DNA of 64,000 nucleotides, from the sequence record OQ032512.1. One strand, given 5' to 3'. Each line of letters starts with the position of its first letter. Position 1 is the first letter of the stretch. The translations under genes were made by a program, and so were the position numbers. Shown here piece by piece: positions 45,217 through 55,135 of the stretch. The notes beneath the pieces were generated by a model. It made no database searches and was not told where the DNA came from. It saw only the letters and a list, made by a program, of their open reading frames with translations. This stretch comes from Acinetobacter phage nACB2.

Positions 45217-47205
45217 TCAAATAACAACCCTGAAGGAATCATCTGACGGTCTCGTTGCAATAGGCATAGACTGATAGATGTTAGTGTTAGACGAGCTTGT
45301 GTTACTAACATTGTTCACGTTAGTAGTTGAGTTGTTTTGAGCTGCAACAACAGCAGCTTCCTTCTCAACCTTAGCCTTTTCTTCCTTCTTACCAAATATA
45401 TCAGACAAAGACGGTAGTTTAGATAACGCCCTTTGAACAAAATTCTGCTCTTCAGGCTTCTTGGTCTCAGGTTTCTGTTCATCTTCCTTTTGCTTTGGTT
45501 TTTCTTCAGTTGGAAGCAGCTTATCACCTAGATCACCAGGAAGTACATTAAGAATCTGTCTAGCCTTTTCAGTAAACATCTTCTTGAGAGTTGGACCAAG
45601 ATTAGAGATAAAGTTGGAAATGTCATCAAGAATATCTATAAACACTTGGAATCCGCCCTTAATAGCAGAAATACCAGCATCTATCTTCTGCACAATGACA
45701 TCTTTTAGGTCTAATAGCATCTCGAATCTAGCTACAATCAAGTTTGGAATGTTAGAAAGCAGACCAGCAACCTTTTCTTTTACAAAACCGCCCATGTCTG
45801 TTTCAATACCAAACAGACCTAGTAAAGAATCTGCTATACCAACTATACCTCCGATGAAACCGCCTATACCTGCGCTCACTCTGTCCCAAAGTGTAATAGC
45901 TTCCTTAGCTTTACCCAGAACTTCGTCTGCATTCATGAAGGAACTGAAAAAGTCGAATATACCTACAACTACAGCTATAATTTGCCCGATATACGGTATT
46001 CCTTTGGCTAATTTACCGATTTTACCAATCTTACCCAATACACCGCCCAAATCATCGAACAATCCGCCCAATTTTCCGAAAATCTTACCAGCTAGATCAG
46101 TTACGACAGTCACTACGCCTTTTGCAAACTTCCAAATGTTCTTTGGATTGAGCATAGATAGAATCATGCCCCCTGCGCCTATGATGAACCGCATAAGAAC
46201 TTTCATCAGACCTTTTGGCCCAAACAGTAATGGAGTTATAAAATCTAGTAACCCACCTGATTTACCTTCTGGCTGCGTCTGAGTTGGTTGTTGACTAGCG
46301 TTATTGTTACCCTTTACTTTAAACTTTCTGAAATTGGCTTCCATGCGATGAGCATTGTCGCGTTCATTCTGATCTTGAGCCATAATGAGCTGCTCTTTCA
46401 TTACAGCCGAGATATCCTTGATATGCTCTAGAATACTCTCGTCAGCTTCTTTAACCGCATGAATATCAGACTTCAGATCGTCCATATGGACAATTACAGT
46501 AGGGGCTGGAGACGCAATAGTTGGGACTGTAATCTCGTTGCCGCTTTTCTCAGTAACCTGTACAGGCGGTAAAGCAACTGGTTTAGGCATATCTTGAACT
46601 GGTTTACGCTCAATCTGATGATCCAAGAATGCTGGTGTTTCATCCTTTGTATTCTTGGATACGATTACGCTAGATACCTTTTTCAATGCATCTTTCATAA
46701 GACCAAATATTGGCCCAGCGGTATCCATTGTGTCTCCGACAACACCTTGCTTCTGACTCATCTTATCCGCTATACGAGACATGAGACTTTCAGTCTTCAG
46801 GTTGTCTATAGCTACAACAAGATTACGTTTAACAGCTGCTTCATCTACATTATTCTTCGATGAATCTTCAGACAATTTTATGTTATCATTGATTGTCTTC
46901 AGAGTGATCATAGCCTGACGTCTGAGTCTAGGGTCATCTAAAGACTTCATCTGCATAGAAACGTCCAAAGCTGTCTGTATAGCCGCAGATGTTACAGTAT
47001 CAATAGTCTTTGATTCATTTAGCTTGATCTGTCTAGTCATCTCGTGCATAGCTTTGAACATATCTTCTTTGCTGAGATCATTTTTACCATTCTTAGACAG
47101 ATTGGACATAGCGTCATTAAGGTCTTTAGTTGCCTTAGCTGTCTCAAGCTCTTGCAGACGTTTATTAGCCAATTCTGTAGGCGTTTCTCTTTGATTTTCG
47201 CTCAT
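45217..47205 (-). CDS. tape-measure-like protein (gp29-like?)
   Basis: 662 aa. N-terminal coiled coil. Central Gly-rich hydrophobic segments (GAGGMILS, GIGGFIGGIVGIAD). Charged C-terminus. Lies in the tail module. Confidence 0.45.
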   Translation of the reverse strand: MSENQRETPTELANKRLQELETAKATKDLNDAMSNLSKNGKNDLSKEDMFKAMHEMTRQIKLNESKTIDTVTSAAIQTALDVSMQMKSLDDPRLRRQAMITLKTINDNIKLSEDSSKNNVDEAAVKRNLVVAIDNLKTESLMSRIADKMSQKQGVVGDTMDTAGPIFGLMKDALKKVSSVIVSKNTKDETPAFLDHQIERKPVQDMPKPVALPPVQVTEKSGNEITVPTIASPAPTVIVHMDDLKSDIHAVKEADESILEHIKDISAVMKEQLIMAQDQNERDNAHRMEANFRKFKVKGNNNASQQPTQTQPEGKSGGLLDFITPLLFGPKGLMKVLMRFIIGAGGMILSMLNPKNIWKFAKGVVTVVTDLAGKIFGKLGGLFDDLGGVLGKIGKIGKLAKGIPYIGQIIAVVVGIFDFFSSFMNADEVLGKAKEAITLWDRVSAGIGGFIGGIVGIADSLLGLFGIETDMGGFVKEKVAGLLSNIPNLIVARFEMLLDLKDVIVQKIDAGISAIKGGFQVFIDILDDISNFISNLGPTLKKMFTEKARQILNVLPGDLGDKLLPTEEKPKQKEDEQKPETKKPEEQNFVQRALSKLPSLSDIFGKKEEKAKVEKEAAVVAAQNNSTTNVNNVSNTSSSNTNIYQSMPIATRPSDDSFRVVI

Positions 47206-48509
47206 GATTTAGCTTCCGGAATTAATTTATCGGCTGGTTTGTTCTCGGGCTTCTGGGCTTCTTTACCTTCTACAACCTTCTTGTCTGATTCAGCTGCCGC
47301 AGGTAGTCCTATTTCCGATCTAACATCAGCCGCATAGCTATCCTTACAGAGTTCTAGTGAGCAACTGTAATTGTTTTGTCGAATAAGGTGACATAGAGAT
47401 ACAATAAGCCAACGCCCAGACGTCAGAGTTTCGTTCTGAACAGCAGAAGATGAGAAGTCAGGAACATCCATCTCGATAATCTGTCCAGCTCTATACCCAC
47501 TATCGCCAGGAACTACTATCTTCATACGATAAAAGTCTAACATGGACATCATCATGTTTCTGTAGACTTCACCTTCATGACTTTTGTCTGCTCTGGTATA
47601 CATAAAGCTAACATGAAACATTTTGCTATCCGCTTCTGGATACAGCGGAAACTGATCTATCTTAGCAAAATCTTCTGCTTCAGATAGCGTTCTGTAGTCA
47701 AATGTTTGTTTCTCAATGCTTCTAGACTCTGAATCGAGAAGAATGACATTCACGCCCCAAGCTGAATTAGACAGTTGACGCATTCTATCTGCTGAGGCTT
47801 TATATTCCCACTTTTGTACTCTTCTCCAAGCCTTGTCTCCGTCAGTGTCAACCCTAGATGGCTCAATAAAGACTTTTGTGTATGGCTCTTGAGAGTAGAC
47901 GTTGTACAAAGACTTGAAATTATAACCGTCCATTGTTTCCCAAAACATAAATGGATCAGTTTTAACGCCGTATGCCCTAGAAGCAACCCACTGACAAGCC
48001 TTTAAAGGCGACCAATATGGACATATGAAGGTCTGATTATAATTGGCTACATCCTTCACAAGAGATGTAGTCGTACCCAAATCTTTCAGCAACATATCAA
48101 CAATGTTGTCATACGTTCCATCGTAAGCCTTTGATAGATTTATTTTAAAGTCTAGATAACGGTCTTGAGTGATAAGGTGTAGAGTGTATACCTGTTTATT
48201 GGTTTGGTCAGTCTGTAAACGTTCACCCACCTTGGCCACACAAAGCGTAAGCGTTTGGACATCGGGTTGAGAAGGTGTTTTGAAACGTAGGTCTACGAAT
48301 TCACCTCCCACTAATGGGAAAGATTCTGGAAGATTGATCAAGTCATTCATTACAATATGAGCGAAAATGGTAGGAGAAAACATATCCTCATGTATAGCAA
48401 TCTCGTACGCAAAATCTCTTATATCAAACTTTTCGTCTTCAGGCGTTCCTTCTCTGTAAAGATTGATACACTCTATTCGAAATGTGTCTAATGGTATGAA
48501 GTCGCTCAT
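47202..48509 (-). CDS. baseplate protein (hub gp27-like?)
   Basis: 435 aa. Assignment by position only. Confidence 0.3.
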   Translation of the reverse strand: MSDFIPLDTFRIECINLYREGTPEDEKFDIRDFAYEIAIHEDMFSPTIFAHIVMNDLINLPESFPLVGGEFVDLRFKTPSQPDVQTLTLCVAKVGERLQTDQTNKQVYTLHLITQDRYLDFKINLSKAYDGTYDNIVDMLLKDLGTTTSLVKDVANYNQTFICPYWSPLKACQWVASRAYGVKTDPFMFWETMDGYNFKSLYNVYSQEPYTKVFIEPSRVDTDGDKAWRRVQKWEYKASADRMRQLSNSAWGVNVILLDSESRSIEKQTFDYRTLSEAEDFAKIDQFPLYPEADSKMFHVSFMYTRADKSHEGEVYRNMMMSMLDFYRMKIVVPGDSGYRAGQIIEMDVPDFSSSAVQNETLTSGRWLIVSLCHLIRQNNYSCSLELCKDSYAADVRSEIGLPAAAESDKKVVEGKEAQKPENKPADKLIPEAKS

Positions 48510-49054
48510 CTGAACATAGTCTCCAACTGAGTTGTTATATTGGAAACGTACTCAGGCAAAAGTAGTTTAATCTTTCTTTTCTCTTCATTCAAATTGTAAA
48601 AATGAGTGAAGTACGAAACAGACGTCAAACTGTATTTTTGAATTGCTTCGTTAGTACTTGACGCCTCACCTAGATCAACATAGGCTTCTGGTGTATGAAC
48701 ATTACCTTTTGAATCAACCCATTGATACACATCACTATACTCATTCTCCGGAAACGTTTTCTTAAACCATTCCCTGAATCCATACTCAGGTATTGGCCAA
48801 CTGTCATCTACGTTAACCATATCATTCAGAAGAGAAATGAGAAACCAATAGTGATGCGATCCATACACTGTTTTAGATAGACCTGAAAGTGTATCTGAGT
48901 CTTTTAAGGTGTATTGAATCCAATACTTTGAATTATTTTTGTATTCATCTGGAATAGCAACATGCTTAGTCAGATCAGGGATCGCTACAATCTGACCTTG
49001 CTTATTGTATTCTGCCTGTCCGAAAAAACGAGATATCATCGCCATTCTTCTCAA
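48506..49054 (-). CDS. hypothetical protein
   Basis: 182-aa ORF. Confidence 0.4.
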   Translation of the reverse strand: MRRMAMISRFFGQAEYNKQGQIVAIPDLTKHVAIPDEYKNNSKYWIQYTLKDSDTLSGLSKTVYGSHHYWFLISLLNDMVNVDDSWPIPEYGFREWFKKTFPENEYSDVYQWVDSKGNVHTPEAYVDLGEASSTNEAIQKYSLTSVSYFTHFYNLNEEKRKIKLLLPEYVSNITTQLETMFR

Positions 49055-49110
49055 AAGTTCAATTATTGAAACTACTTAGTGTTCATGATCAGTATTTCTT
49101 AAAATTCGAT

Positions 49111-49144
49111 AAAAAGCCCCTGTACTAGACAAGGGCTTTTGTAT
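49111..49144. terminator. Bidirectional terminator AAAAAGCCCCTGTACTAGACAAGGGCTTTTGTAT (copy 2 of the 33-bp direct repeat)
   Basis: Near-identical to 20068-20100. Confidence 0.7.
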
Positions 49145-49175
49145 ACTTTTTCGTCATTCCAGACTACTATATGGA

Positions 49176-50177
49176 TCAGTAGCTTTCATTAGGGTCGTTA
49201 TTCTCATCTTTCACGAGTCTCAACAACTCAGTGAATTGTAATTCTACAGTTACAGATTGAGGAACATAATCGCCGTCAGCAGTCTTGATGACAGAAAAAC
49301 CACCGTTAGGCGTTCTATTCACTGAAATGTTTATCAAACCAGCTGTTTGTAATTTTGTCCAATATTTTGAACGATTACCTGTTTTACAATCAACGAAGCT
49401 GATATCAAATGTATATGGCGCTCTGAAGTATGAACCGTTATCAGTGCCATTCACCCATAACTCAGGTAAAGCTGCGTGCTTGAACCGATGAATAATTTGT
49501 TGCATTGATTCAGCTTCTTTTTGATTTCTAGGCGTGAATGTAAATTGGAACGGAAGCATACGGTTGTTTACATTCGAGAATAGCATCTCAGTGAAGTCGT
49601 TTGCCTTGATACCAGCCATAAGCTCTACATAACGTCTAGCGCCGTCAGCAACCTTAGCTAAATTTCCACCACCCTTACCAGCAACCTTAGCTAAAACTCC
49701 GGGAGCAGCTGCAGCTACCTGTTGTCCTGCGCCACCAAAGTCACCTTGAACTACAGACTGTATGAGTTCAGCATTTCTAGCCAGACCGCCAAATTCAAAT
49801 TGCGTCCAAGCGATGTTTAAGTTTTCGATCCACTGATCGGGCATAGGAAGAACGATAGATTCTCCTGTTTTTCTGTATCCCGGAAGTGATGAACGTACAG
49901 AAGCAGCATTGGTTGCGTTTCCTTTCTTCTGCATTTCCACTTCAGTATTCTCCACGCCTGAAGTGTTCTTGGACTTCAGTTTACCGCCGCCAGTAGTGGA
50001 TGCTTCTTTAGTGTAATCAATGGCATTGAGCTCAAACATAACAACCAATCCAGGATGATCATCCCGATCAATTAGATCAATAGGCATAATCAGTTGCTGC
50101 TGTAGGTTTGATTTCTTCTCTGTACTATTGCCGTTGTTTAGCTTTTTTGACAGTTTCTCTGCGACTGACGTTGCCAT
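49176..50177 (-). CDS. tail-tube-related protein (gp54/gp48-like initiator?)
   Basis: 333 aa, beta-rich (FTFTPRN). Next to the tube gene. Weak call. Confidence 0.35.
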   Translation of the reverse strand: MATSVAEKLSKKLNNGNSTEKKSNLQQQLIMPIDLIDRDDHPGLVVMFELNAIDYTKEASTTGGGKLKSKNTSGVENTEVEMQKKGNATNAASVRSSLPGYRKTGESIVLPMPDQWIENLNIAWTQFEFGGLARNAELIQSVVQGDFGGAGQQVAAAAPGVLAKVAGKGGGNLAKVADGARRYVELMAGIKANDFTEMLFSNVNNRMLPFQFTFTPRNQKEAESMQQIIHRFKHAALPELWVNGTDNGSYFRAPYTFDISFVDCKTGNRSKYWTKLQTAGLINISVNRTPNGGFSVIKTADGDYVPQSVTVELQFTELLRLVKDENNDPNESY

Positions 50178-50673
50178 TTGTCTTCACCTTTGGTTTTGGA
50201 TGTTTATACGCCTTGATAGCGTTATGGTTAGGCATAATATGATCTTCGGTTAGAATGATGAACTGAGATCCGTCTTGTTTAGCAACTTCAATTGCTGCCG
50301 TCCATTTAGCCTTATTGATCAACCATGTCTTGCAACGTTCTTGGAATGTATATTCACTTTCACTTGGGCCACGTTTAGGTTCAACAGTTTCTTTCTTTGG
50401 TTTCACTTCAACCATGAACTTTTTAATACCGTCAGCCGTATTACTCCAGAATGCAAAATCTAAAATATATCTGTGCATTCTGGAATCTACAGGACTCCAG
50501 TAAGGTATTTCTTGCTCTTCAGACTGCCATTTCAAGATGTTTTCATTTTCATCTAAAAACTTCATCAGAATGCGTTCCCACGAACTTCTAAAAACGACGT
50601 TCGTAGGGTCTCCAATGTACTTCTTTGGATTAATTAGTTGATATTTGCCTTGATGCCATTTACCGTATGCCAT
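50125..50673 (-). CDS. PD-(D/E)XK nuclease-fold protein
   Basis: YILDFAF ... KKFMVEVKPKKE (D ... E.K). The 3' end overlaps the next gene by 53 nt. Confidence 0.45.
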   Translation of the reverse strand: MAYGKWHQGKYQLINPKKYIGDPTNVVFRSSWERILMKFLDENENILKWQSEEQEIPYWSPVDSRMHRYILDFAFWSNTADGIKKFMVEVKPKKETVEPKRGPSESEYTFQERCKTWLINKAKWTAAIEVAKQDGSQFIILTEDHIMPNHNAIKAYKHPKPKVKTNGNVSRRETVKKAKQRQ

Positions 50674-50993
50674 TAGTCATCATCCTCGATAGGTATCATA
50701 TCAACAGTCTGTCCAGCTAGCGAATGATGACAATCAGAAAGAAATTGGATCTTCCCGTCTGTCATGAAAAGATGACATCTGCTCTCTGGGTGGTGGTCAT
50801 TTACAAGTAATGACGGAGTGAATGTTGGTTTGTTCACATCTCCATTGAACTGCCATGTCGATCCATTTGGATGTGCGTTGGCATCTGTATGATATGGATG
50901 CATATATTTACATCCTGGACACTTGAAATAATAAACGCCAGTATCACTCTTTTCCAAATACGGACTAACCAGTTTCCAATATTCTGTACTCAT
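50673..50993 (-). CDS. zinc-binding small protein
   Basis: CPGC ... CH ... C ligands. 106 aa. Confidence 0.35.
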   Translation of the reverse strand: MSTEYWKLVSPYLEKSDTGVYYFKCPGCKYMHPYHTDANAHPNGSTWQFNGDVNKPTFTPSLLVNDHHPESRCHLFMTDGKIQFLSDCHHSLAGQTVDMIPIEDDD

Positions 50994-51568
50994 GCTTGAA
51001 CATCTCCACTTGTCACAGATTGTTTATCCATAGACTTCAGCTTGCGATATTTGAACGTCACTTGGAACGTTCCATATGTGTCGCGTTCATCTCTATTGAC
51101 TGTCACGTCAGTTATTGTAGATGGCCAAGCCTCAGTAATATCGCAATGTCTGGATACCTTGTCATCTCTAGTTTTTAACTTAACGCTCATTCTATCAGTT
51201 ATGTAATCGTCATAGAATGCCACACTATGGTCTTCCTTGAATATACTTTCCTTCCACACGGTGAATAGTTTATGTTCCATCATATCACCAGCGCACATGA
51301 ACGTGATACTGAAGTCTCCATTAGCCTTTTCGTATGCAACGTACGCAGTATATCCAACGTGAATTTCTGACGCAGCTGCCGTATATCCTGGTAGATTAGT
51401 GTCTTTAGCCATTAGCGTCAATCTTGAATTGATTGGTTCACTACCGTATTCTTGATTGAATTTTGTTATAACAGATTCAGGGATTGCAATTTCAACGTCA
51501 TATCTATTCGGACGTTGAACATCCTTGGTCTTTACTAGATTCACAAATTGTTGAAGTTGCGCACTCAT
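50990..51568 (-). CDS. gp19: tail tube protein (T4 gp19-like)
   Basis: N-terminal RPNRYDVEIAIP resembles gp19 RPNLFQVEISYL. 192 aa, beta-rich. Confidence 0.55.
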   Translation of the reverse strand: MSAQLQQFVNLVKTKDVQRPNRYDVEIAIPESVITKFNQEYGSEPINSRLTLMAKDTNLPGYTAAASEIHVGYTAYVAYEKANGDFSITFMCAGDMMEHKLFTVWKESIFKEDHSVAFYDDYITDRMSVKLKTRDDKVSRHCDITEAWPSTITDVTVNRDERDTYGTFQVTFKYRKLKSMDKQSVTSGDVQA

Positions 51569-51569
51569 G

Positions 51570-51602
51570 ATATATACCTCTCAATACATAAATATTTATG
51601 AC
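51570..51602. promoter_or_regulatory. Divergent promoter region with palindromic CATAAATATTTATG (late-promoter-like on both strands)
   Basis: CTCTCAA ... TTGAGAG inverted repeat around ACATAAATATTTATGA. The T4 late consensus is TATAAATA. Confidence 0.35.
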
Positions 51603-51625
51603 ATACAATTTGAGAGTATAGCAAG

Positions 51626-52297
51626 ATGTCTGATGAATATATGAGCCCAGTCATGCTGGACAAATACTGGAACAAGTTCTTCAAGGCAAACGCGACTCAA
51701 GAAAAACAATACAGTAAACAAGCGGTAGAATGGTTCCAAAAACGTATCGCAAAGGATTTAAAGGTACAAGCTGGAAAAATCATTGACGCGGACTCAGACT
51801 ACAAGAAAAGAACAGCTAAACAGACAGCTAGACTAAGCGCTGGTTCATTGTACACCTTTGAGTATGAGGCAGAAGGGGCTGGCGGAGAACACGGTATGTA
51901 TGACCGTTTTCCAATGTGTTTCTTCTTTAACTCATTTAAGAGTAAGGAGGGCAAGACTATTCTGTTGGGATTGAACGTCCATTACCTTACGCCAGCTCAA
52001 AGGGCTACACTGTATAAAGGGCTTATGAAGCTGAAGAATACAAAAGGTATGTCGGAGAGAACAAGACTGAGATTAGAATGGGAAGCAATATTATCAGTTG
52101 CAGGTAGTAAGATCGCAGACCTAGCAGTCCACGCGTACCGCGCAGACCGTTTTAGGTCGCATGTTGTTGAGATAAGACCAGAAGATTGGATTGTATGCGT
52201 CTTTTTACGCACGGAACGCTGGCTTAAACCTGTTTCAGCTGATCCAGCTGTACAATCTCATGTGCGTAGAATTATTAGGCGCAAAGCGCTACGTTAA
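51626..52297 (+). CDS. hypothetical protein
   Basis: 223-aa basic ORF. A terminator hairpin follows at 52388-52432. Confidence 0.45.
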   Translation: MSDEYMSPVMLDKYWNKFFKANATQEKQYSKQAVEWFQKRIAKDLKVQAGKIIDADSDYKKRTAKQTARLSAGSLYTFEYEAEGAGGEHGMYDRFPMCFFFNSFKSKEGKTILLGLNVHYLTPAQRATLYKGLMKLKNTKGMSERTRLRLEWEAILSVAGSKIADLAVHAYRADRFRSHVVEIRPEDWIVCVFLRTERWLKPVSADPAVQSHVRRIIRRKALR

Positions 52298-52901
52298 AAC
52301 AGCGCGCAATGATGTTATCCATATCATTCCAATGTTGCGTTTGAATGATACTACTAGAGACATCGCCGTTGGATAACAACTTCATATTTTGGGGCGTAAT
52401 TTGGTTTAGTTGAACTAGATGACGCCCCAATTTTTTATGCTCAAAATTCTGAGGTGCGTTGTGCACTCCCATAAGAACTTTTGGATTATCATCAATAAGC
52501 ATATTGAAGTCATAATGACTCTTACAACTCATAGAATCAATCATTTCAATATCTTCGCCAAAGTGACGTTGTAAGAATGATTGTTTTGAATCTTTATGAC
52601 CAGCATAACAAATTGTCAAGAAATAAACGTCAAAATGCTCTTTTAATTTTTCGTACGCTTCTACAGAACCATCCATTGGTTGAAGATTATCGTACAAGTC
52701 ATTCTTTTTCCAAAAATCATTAATCTGATCAGGATCAACGCCGTAAAGATTAGCTAGGTGATGATTATAGTGACCATCTAAGGATTCGTATGTCGGGCGA
52801 ATGTAATCTTCTGGATGGTTAACTCCCATCCATTGAACCCAAGGTTGTAGAACATCTACCACCGTCATGTCTACGTCTATCGCCAATTGTAATTTTTTCA
52901 T
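52275..52901 (-). CDS. HAD-superfamily 5'(3')-deoxyribonucleotidase-like phosphatase
   Basis: N-terminal DxDxT motif (AIDVDMTV). Confidence 0.5.
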   Translation of the reverse strand: MKKLQLAIDVDMTVVDVLQPWVQWMGVNHPEDYIRPTYESLDGHYNHHLANLYGVDPDQINDFWKKNDLYDNLQPMDGSVEAYEKLKEHFDVYFLTICYAGHKDSKQSFLQRHFGEDIEMIDSMSCKSHYDFNMLIDDNPKVLMGVHNAPQNFEHKKLGRHLVQLNQITPQNMKLLSNGDVSSSIIQTQHWNDMDNIIARCFNVALCA

Positions 52902-52929
52902 TTTGAATGATATTCCACTGAAAGTTATT

Positions 52930-52968
52930 GAGAAAAAGAAAGGTGACCGAAGCCACCTTTCTTTACGC
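52930..52968 (-). terminator. rho-independent terminator
   Basis: AAAGGTG-ACCGAAGC-CACCTTT hairpin with a T-run on the - strand, downstream of the gp32 stop. Confidence 0.6.
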
Positions 52969-52970
52969 CT

Positions 52971-54068
52971 TTAGTCGCGCAATAGATCCGCTAGGGAGTC
53001 TAAGTCATCTTCAGCAGCTGGAGACGCAGCAGCTGTAGTTGGAGCAGGAGTATTGGCGGCTGGAGTATCTGACGCAGCATCCAAAGAATTAGATGTATTA
53101 GCTGTATTTGGGTTTGAAGCGCCCGCACTTGGAGCAGGAGCGCTAGCAGCACCGCTAATATTATGCGCTTGAGTACCAGCTACTGGATTGAAGTTTTCGT
53201 CCATATTCATGACTTTACAAAATTCTTTCTTCATAACATCATATGAAGGGAAATTTTTACGGTCTAAGAATTCAAGCAACGAGAACGATTCGCGCCAGTA
53301 TTTTTCAATTTCAGCTTCATCGGCAGAAACAGGAGTTGATTTCGAATCCCATTCACAATGTTTAAAGTCTGGAACCCAAGATTCACGACCACCAAAGTTA
53401 CGTTTTTCAAATGTCAACTTCAAATGAAGGTTGCGACCTGCGAATGCGTCAAACGGATCAAACGGATCAGCGCCAAATTTAGGCTCATTCGCTTCATCAA
53501 GTAATTTACGCACCGCGCGACCAAATTTAAACAACTTCACTTTACCGTTGTTTTCTGGATTTACGCTGTCTGAGATAACAAGAACGTTCGCGTAATAGTC
53601 TTCAGATGGAATGTAATTCAACAAGTCCTTCTTACGGCGTTCATAGTCCGGATGACCCTCACCCAATTTCTTGAGATCACCCCACTTCGGACCTGACCAT
53701 TCACGAACTGGATCTTCTTCACCAAACGTTTGAGGAGAGTTGAAGTTGAACCATTTTCCGCCTGTACCTTTAAACTGATGACGTAAAACTTTAACAACAG
53801 GAGTTAAGTCTTCAGCAATGAATGTACCAGCTTCTACGCCTTCCATATCTACAGCTGGAATAGGCAAGAAACGAATAACGCAAACGGACTCGTTTGTTTT
53901 TTCGTCGCGCGCATATTTCCAGACGCGTGGATCATCGTAGTTGTTTTTCTCAGTTTTCTCCAAAGTTTTTTGGAGTTGAGCCATGTTGTTAGAACCTTGT
54001 TTGCGTAAAGCACCAAAATCTACAGGCATTTCTTTCTTCCTTCTATTTCCGTCATTCTGGTTATTCAT
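52971..54068 (-). CDS. gp32: single-stranded DNA-binding protein (T4 gp32-like)
   Basis: VIRFLP and YYANVLVISDSVNPENNGKVKLFKFG match the gp32 core (VIRFLPS; YWANILVVKDP..ENEGKV). Acidic Ala/Pro/Thr-rich C-terminal tail. Confidence 0.8.
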   Translation of the reverse strand: MNNQNDGNRRKKEMPVDFGALRKQGSNNMAQLQKTLEKTEKNNYDDPRVWKYARDEKTNESVCVIRFLPIPAVDMEGVEAGTFIAEDLTPVVKVLRHQFKGTGGKWFNFNSPQTFGEEDPVREWSGPKWGDLKKLGEGHPDYERRKKDLLNYIPSEDYYANVLVISDSVNPENNGKVKLFKFGRAVRKLLDEANEPKFGADPFDPFDAFAGRNLHLKLTFEKRNFGGRESWVPDFKHCEWDSKSTPVSADEAEIEKYWRESFSLLEFLDRKNFPSYDVMKKEFCKVMNMDENFNPVAGTQAHNISGAASAPAPSAGASNPNTANTSNSLDAASDTPAANTPAPTTAAASPAAEDDLDSLADLLRD

Positions 54069-54172
54069 GGTTGACGGCTGACCAACGTTTGGACTATTGC
54101 CCTAGTGAGTTTATCTCACCTCTTCAGTGAGAGATATTATATATCCCTCATCTGAATTTCTTAAAAATCAAA

Positions 54173-54427
54173 TTAAAAAAGATTATCTAGCGAAACGGTA
54201 GAGCGTTCCTTGCGAATGACGCGCTGTTCTACAACTTCAGCTTCAATTTTACTGATTAATGCAGGACTAATCATAGTTTTTACTTTATCGTAGTCAATCT
54301 GGTGTTCTTCTACAATTAATGAAAGTGCTTCAGAAAGGGTAATATCTTCAGCCCAGACTAAATCTTCAACTGCTTTTGAAAAAGCTTCAGCGCTACCAAA
54401 AGGATTTTCAACCGTTTCACCAATCAT
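54173..54427 (-). CDS. hypothetical protein
   Basis: 84-aa ORF. Confidence 0.35.
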   Translation of the reverse strand: MIGETVENPFGSAEAFSKAVEDLVWAEDITLSEALSLIVEEHQIDYDKVKTMISPALISKIEAEVVEQRVIRKERSTVSLDNLF

Positions 54428-54672
54428 CCCTTATACTCCTGTTTGTGCGTCTTCATTATTCCAGAAACAAGATTTTGGAAGTCTTGAGGCACTTTCTTCT
54501 GATCCAGGCGTCCAGTGTTATCAACATAACCTAAACCACCCCCTATATGAATATATAGCTCACCACCGCAGCTGACACAAGGTGAATCAGTAGGAGTATT
54601 GCGTTCATCAACCTTTTTAATTTCATCGAATTTGTTATCACAACTTCGACAAGCGTATGAATAAACAGGCAT
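54424..54672 (-). CDS. zinc-ribbon protein
   Basis: CRSC..(17)..CVSC in 82 aa. Confidence 0.4.
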   Translation of the reverse strand: MPVYSYACRSCDNKFDEIKKVDERNTPTDSPCVSCGGELYIHIGGGLGYVDNTGRLDQKKVPQDFQNLVSGIMKTHKQEYKG

Positions 54673-55110
54673 TTATTTCCCCACTAACATATTATAAGTG
54701 TCTAGACCGAATTCAGTAAATTCTTCAATCTCTGACAATTTCACAAATTTAGAAATAAATTCTACGTCAGATGGAATAGTATAATCTAAAAGCCCTGATA
54801 ATTTGCTTTTCAAGTTATAATCGTTTAGCGGAGAATCATCTCCCCACATGTATCCATCTCGTACGAAAAGTCCAAAATTGGCATGGTCTTTGATACCTAG
54901 TGGTCTGATTTTAGAAACAATAACATCAATGTTTTCAGACAGCTTACTAAATTTGTGCGGAGCGTCGTTGAAATACATCTCCATCGTTTGCTTCAAGTAC
55001 GGCGCTTTTTGAAATACGTAATTCACTCTTGCGCAACGTTCGGAAGGGGATACAACCGCGTTGATCCAATCCATCATTTCTTTAAATGATGTATAGCGGT
55101 CAACAATCAT
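54673..55110 (-). CDS. hypothetical protein (start trimmed to an internal Met or the GTG after GAGGAA)
   Basis: The listed 55230 start overlaps the upstream RuvC-like gene by 95 nt. GAGGAACGTATTGTG and ATG lie just past that gene's stop. Confidence 0.35.
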   Translation of the reverse strand: MIVDRYTSFKEMMDWINAVVSPSERCARVNYVFQKAPYLKQTMEMYFNDAPHKFSKLSENIDVIVSKIRPLGIKDHANFGLFVRDGYMWGDDSPLNDYNLKSKLSGLLDYTIPSDVEFISKFVKLSEIEEFTEFGLDTYNMLVGK

Positions 55111-55135
55111 TTTACTATCATTCACAATACGTTCC

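Noticed and set aside
45461-46282. 273-aa + strand ORF inside the tape-measure-like gene
   Set aside because: It is antisense to a long, well-supported - strand gene. It is Ser/Pro/Ile-rich with no start context. It is a typical shadow ORF.
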